From NCBI RefSeq assembly GCF_000711695.1, contig NW_013547017.1:310001-372843 (forward strand): DNA of 62,843 nt, written 5' to 3'. The notes beneath the pieces are model-generated. The model made no database searches. It saw only the letters and a list, made by a program, of their open reading frames with translations, and was not told the origin of the DNA. Source of the stretch: Tilletiaria anomala UBC 951 (lineage: Eukaryota). Positions 58,454 through 62,843 of this stretch are shown piece after piece; within the stretch, counting starts at the first letter, position 1; every line of letters begins with the position of its first letter. The position numbers and the translations under genes are program-made.

Positions 58454-59825
58454 GCTACTGCTGTGGGATACGGCCAGCTGCTAGGTTATGCATGGCAGGC
58501 GCATCGTCTGGATGACCGCCCCGCTCGCTCACGATGCTTGGGGGAGCCTTAGGTCTTTTTTCTTTTTTTCTTTTTTTCTTTTTTTTCGGAGCAGCCTGGA
58601 CCGCCTGCTCGCGGCTGGCTGGTGCCATACACCGCAAGAAGATGCCTTTGGGCTTCGCTGCGCTCTGCAATGTAAGTGTCGTATCCTCCAGCACATCCCC
58701 CGTCATGCGCGTGGTGTGTGCGTGTGCACTCTTTGCAGCCAGCCCTGCCAGCCAGCCTATGCATTCATCACCCTCCGGGTTGAAACAGAGTGAATGGCTG
58801 TCGTGCTCATGCTCGAGAGACGGAGACAGATGGCGACGGAGGGGCTCGCATGCAGCACGCCCCCCCCTCTGCTCTGGTTCTGCCGCAGCAGCAGCGACAG
58901 CACCAGAGCCAGGGCCAGCAGAGGCACTGTGGCAGCTAGCCAGTCGCAGGGTACGATGCCGCCCCTGTATGGCCCTCGGTGCCTGAACGCACACACTCAC
59001 GCCCACACCCAGGCCGCAGCGACGCCACTGCACTGAACCAAGCGACGCCCACTCCTGTTCTCACTGCCTTCCCCCCACCCCCCACTGCCAGAGCCCAGGC
59101 GCCCATCATCCACGCGCCACATCCGTACTGGTTGATAACAGAGCGTCCACACGTGCGTTTGAGCTGCTGGGGATGGCTATGTGTAGTCTAGTTATACCAT
59201 ATGCAAGCAGTTCAGAGCATATGACGCCCCCCCTTCCAATCCGCAGCCGTGGGCCTTGAGCCGCAAGCAAGCGGCAAGCGCACAGCACAGCTCAGAGACT
59301 CTGGATCGGATCATCGTGCAAGCAACCAATCGTCCTCCACCGTTGACCGTGCCTTTCTCTCCTCTCCTTAGTACTTACGCCGACTTGCCTTCAGGCGGTG
59401 GACGAAACAGAGAAGAGAGAGACGAGCTGCACATTGCCATCCCAAGTCGTCCATGTTTGGCAGACTCGCACACCTGCTCTGCCTGGCAATGTTGCACACG
59501 TTTAACGCACGATATGGGCAGCTCTTGCCGTCTCGCACCTCCTGCCCACCCGACCTTGTCACCCTGGGCCCTTGTTGGCCAGCGCATACAGTCTGCCTCC
59601 CCCACTATACTTATTACCCTTTGACCTATGCAAATATCTGACCCGGCTAGGTTCACCAGGCATACGCGTATGCAGGAGAATATGCCCTGGCTGCGCTGCG
59701 GGCACACAGCTGCCAGCAAGGTGTGCCGACTCTATGCAAGCGCGATGAATTGTAATCCAGGCACGCAATCACCAAGCAGGCGCTTGCTTCGAAAAACAAA
59801 AAAAAAACAAAAAATCGTCGTAAGA

Positions 59826-61667
59826 CTACTGACCGATCTCCCGCTCCACTGCACCTTCTTCGTCTTCCCCTGCCGGGCCCGCAGCATTCGCGTCCTCGAG
59901 TCCAGCCGCTCCTTCCTGTCCACCGTTCGCCGGGTTTCCCCCTCGACTCGTCCGCCATGTACCAGCACCGCCGCCGCCGCCACGCTTGGGCTGCCAAGAC
60001 AGCGGCACGCCATGCATGTCGTTCAGGTGCTTGCGCCAGTTCACGCGCGCTTGCTTGCCCTTGTACACCTTGTCGCAAAGGCTGCAGTGGATGTTCGTCG
60101 GCGTCGATGATGCCGGCAGCGCAGATGGAGACACCGCTGCCGCTGCCGCCGCGGCAGCAGCTGCCAGAGCGTCTGCAGCAGCACTAGCACCAGCGTTTTC
60201 GGGCGCTGTTGCATACATGATGCAAGTGTCCATGCTGTCGCCGGCGGTCGACTCGATTGGTGCGGCCGTGGTATGGCCGGCGGCGCTCGCCCTGCTCGGC
60301 CGGCCTCTCCGCTTGGGCGCTGGCACAGAAGCTCCTTCAGATTCAGCTCCGGTGCGAGTTGGAACCCAGTCTGTAACTGCGGGAGCGTGCATACTGTGTG
60401 GAGTCAGCGGCGACGGTCCCCTGGCCGACGCAGCTGCCGAAGCGAGCGCCTCTGCTGCCTCTAACGCTGGGTCCGTAGATGATATAGGCGCCGGAGTAGG
60501 AGGTACAGGCGACGGCACGCGGGCTGCGGCGGCAACGGCAGCGACGGCAGCAGCCGCCGCAGCCGCCTGCCTTCTTTCTGCGGCATCCTGAGCGGTTAGG
60601 CTATCCGGCGCACCGTCGGGCCCGCCAAGCTCGGCCTCGGAGATGTCGGAAGACTGGTCATCATCTTGATTGCCACTGCGTCGCTTCTTGTTGTTGTCTC
60701 CCATTCGGGAGCTGCTATTGCCTGCCCCACTTTCGCTTTGCGTTGCCGCTTTCCTTTTCCTCCTTCCCGGTTTGAACGGGCCGTCGGTGACTTCTTGTTG
60801 TTTTGTCTCCCGAAGCTGTGCACGATGTTTTTTTGCCCAATTGCGCTTGCTCTCTAGCATGCGCTCGCGTCTCTCTTGGTCATCCTTTGGTCGTAACGGA
60901 TCCGCATCCCAACGCGTCGATTTCGGCTGTGAGTTGAGCGGGATGCCGTGCTTGACGGAGAGATGCCGACGAAAGATTGAGCGCGAGTGAAGGCCAGTGT
61001 ATGCTTTTTGACAGAATTCGCAGACAAATGTTCGCACGATGCCGACCCCCTTTTCTACATCTTTTAGCGGGGAGGCAGGCGCTGCTTCCGAACTTCCTTG
61101 ATGCTGCTGTGGGTCGATCGGGAGGAGCTGATAGGCATGCTGAATCGGCTGATGTTGCGGCATGTACTGTTGGGAATCCTGTTCCTGAAACTGATGCTGT
61201 TGGTTCTGAATTTGGTATTGACGGTGCTCTTGCTGATGTTGGGGATGGTGCTGTCCAACCGGTTGGGCTGGCATTTGATGGCTGGCATTATAGAGCTGCA
61301 GCAAGGCGGAATCCGGTTGAGACGGAGTGGGCTGGCCAGCAAAGGTGTTCCCAGCATTTATGTTGAGGTGCGCAGGTGCATGCGGCTGGAAAGGTGGGTA
61401 CTGCTGCTGTTGCTGTTGCTGTTGCTGCACTTGTGGATGCTGGTGTTGATGTTGCTGCTGCTGGAGGCGATGGGGCTGTTGTTGTTGATGCAGATTCAGT
61501 GATGGGTCGTACGGAGCCGGTGGTGCTAGCCCACTCATTGGAATGCCCGGCTGGCCCTGTACACCACCTGCACCATGCGGAGGCGGGGGTGGCAAAGGAA
61601 GCTGGTAGTGTTCGCTCTGAGCGGCACCATGGTGCGCGGCTTGCGCGAGGCTGGACGTGTTCGACAT
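59826..61667 (-). CDS. Gln/His-rich putative transcription factor with two atypical C2H2-like zinc fingers
   Basis: Poly-Q/P N-terminus; CEFC-x15-H-x4-HGIPLNSQPK and CSLC-x15-H-x4-HGVPLSWQPK; NLS-like PGRRKRK and PKRRGRP (AT-hook-like). Confidence 0.8.
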   Translation of the reverse strand: MSNTSSLAQAAHHGAAQSEHYQLPLPPPPPHGAGGVQGQPGIPMSGLAPPAPYDPSLNLHQQQQPHRLQQQQHQHQHPQVQQQQQQQQQYPPFQPHAPAHLNINAGNTFAGQPTPSQPDSALLQLYNASHQMPAQPVGQHHPQHQQEHRQYQIQNQQHQFQEQDSQQYMPQHQPIQHAYQLLPIDPQQHQGSSEAAPASPLKDVEKGVGIVRTFVCEFCQKAYTGLHSRSIFRRHLSVKHGIPLNSQPKSTRWDADPLRPKDDQERRERMLESKRNWAKKHRAQLRETKQQEVTDGPFKPGRRKRKAATQSESGAGNSSSRMGDNNKKRRSGNQDDDQSSDISEAELGGPDGAPDSLTAQDAAERRQAAAAAAAVAAVAAAARVPSPVPPTPAPISSTDPALEAAEALASAAASARGPSPLTPHSMHAPAVTDWVPTRTGAESEGASVPAPKRRGRPSRASAAGHTTAAPIESTAGDSMDTCIMYATAPENAGASAAADALAAAAAAAAAAVSPSALPASSTPTNIHCSLCDKVYKGKQARVNWRKHLNDMHGVPLSWQPKRGGGGGAGTWRTSRGGNPANGGQEGAAGLEDANAAGPAGEDEEGAVEREIGQ

Positions 61668-62843
61668 GACGCCTTTCTGGACGCACCATCCACAAGCGAC
61701 CCTTTCCGAAGAAATAATAGCAGGTGACGCGAGCACACAGGGCAGTGGCTTCAGGCCATCAGTGAAGCGTATGCCAGTGTGGAGTAGAGCACTCACCACT
61801 TGATTGAGTAATACAAAGATAAAACACTGAGGGTGTCCTTGGTGGATTGAGCTGTGGTGAGGTTGGTACGAAGGAGAACTTGTTCAAGGGAGTGTACTTT
61901 AACACAACCGATGGAGCATGTTATTTTGAGCGCACCACAGAAGTCTTTGCAACAGACGCCCGGCCAACAGACACAAATTCGCGTGAATTTCACAAACAAC
62001 ACCTGCAATTTCGAGGGAATGCCGTCCACTTGCGCAAAGTGCTGCAGAATCAGCCATACCTCTTATTCAAGCAGGGCATTCATTTTGTTTGGTATTCCCG
62101 CATGTTTGCTGTTCCTCTACTCTGGGGTCTTCGAGTCAAGATGCTTCAGATTGATGCCTCCATTTCTCGCATCGCCTTATTCAGATGAGGCAGCAGTTCG
62201 CCTCCTATCCATTCGCTCGTAATAAAATTCAGCGTAGTCGCATTAGCATCGAGAGATAATGCGTATAAACCAATGCAGGGAGACTGCGACAGAGCTGGAG
62301 CTTAATCGGACCCTTTCGATACGTCTATGCTTGAACAAAGGCTTTAGTGTTTTTCAGTCGAAAGCTGCCTGCCTCACCCGTCGACGGATCAAGCGCTTGG
62401 CACTAGGTCGGAGCGCGCCTGACTATGGGAAGTTGCTGCGCTCAAGATTAGCACAGCTGCACGCAGGTTGAAGGGAACCCTTCGGTGCCCCCTCATAGCT
62501 GTGCCTACACCTCTGCGGTCCGCGTGAAGGTAAGACTCCAAGGAAACCCGTCGAATGTTTCAGGGTCGCATCACCCATCTGCACCGTAGAAGTTACGAGT
62601 TCATCCAGCTATCGGCATGCCGAATCGCATCCGAGACTGCTTTCACTTGACCCTCGTGCCTCCGTGTCTTGAGCTCGCAGGCAGTGTCCGGGGGTGCTAG
62701 CGTGCTTTGACATGGATGCGCTTTCAGAGAATGTTCTTCGGCGAGCTCGATTGCCCCTTTAGTCGGTCAAATTATGAATCAGCGCGATCTCAGATGTAAC
62801 AACAGGAAGCCCTCCTTTCGAGCGTTTTCCATCTCATTGCCTG

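Noticed and set aside
59732..60013. Alternative-frame RKERLDSRTRMLR resembling the basic helix after zinc finger 1 (possible frameshifted duplicate)
   Set aside because: The similarity is too weak, and the main frame is open to a normal stop.
1..62843. CRISPR arrays, prokaryotic operons or defence systems, transposons, tRNA/rRNA
   Set aside because: The sequence is spliceosomal-intron-containing fungal DNA. I saw no repeat-spacer arrays, transposase/RT motifs, terminal repeats or structured RNA genes by eye. Small snoRNAs cannot be excluded without a covariance-model scan.

Overview
A compact, intron-rich eukaryotic window. The GT-AG introns, CTRAC-like branch sites and gene content point to a basidiomycete fungus, most plausibly Ustilaginomycotina (inference). 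I reconstruct about 26 spliced protein-coding genes. Most are housekeeping: SEC17, REC8, a Cak1/Csk1-like kinase, TSC13, an ELO elongase, a Het-C protein, a BRE4/FUSC-like membrane protein, NDUFAF5, BEM46, an aldo-keto reductase, SRP receptor alpha, an Rsm1/ZC3HC1-like protein, NDC1, CK2-beta, a phytase, MED18-like and PEX11-like proteins, and an Nrc-2/Kin82 kinase. Two small genes that the ORF track does not show intact, Sec61-beta and TOM7, sit head-to-head. There is also a decayed MFS-transporter pseudogene. The best candidate for an undescribed system is at 892-1398: a small secreted Kex2-processed repeat precursor that would release related F-x-G-x-G-P-S-P-x-W peptides reminiscent of fungal quorum-sensing peptides, with an imperfect direct repeat upstream. 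No rRNA, tRNA, CRISPR array or recognisable transposon was seen. Gene models and family calls were made by eye, without searches.
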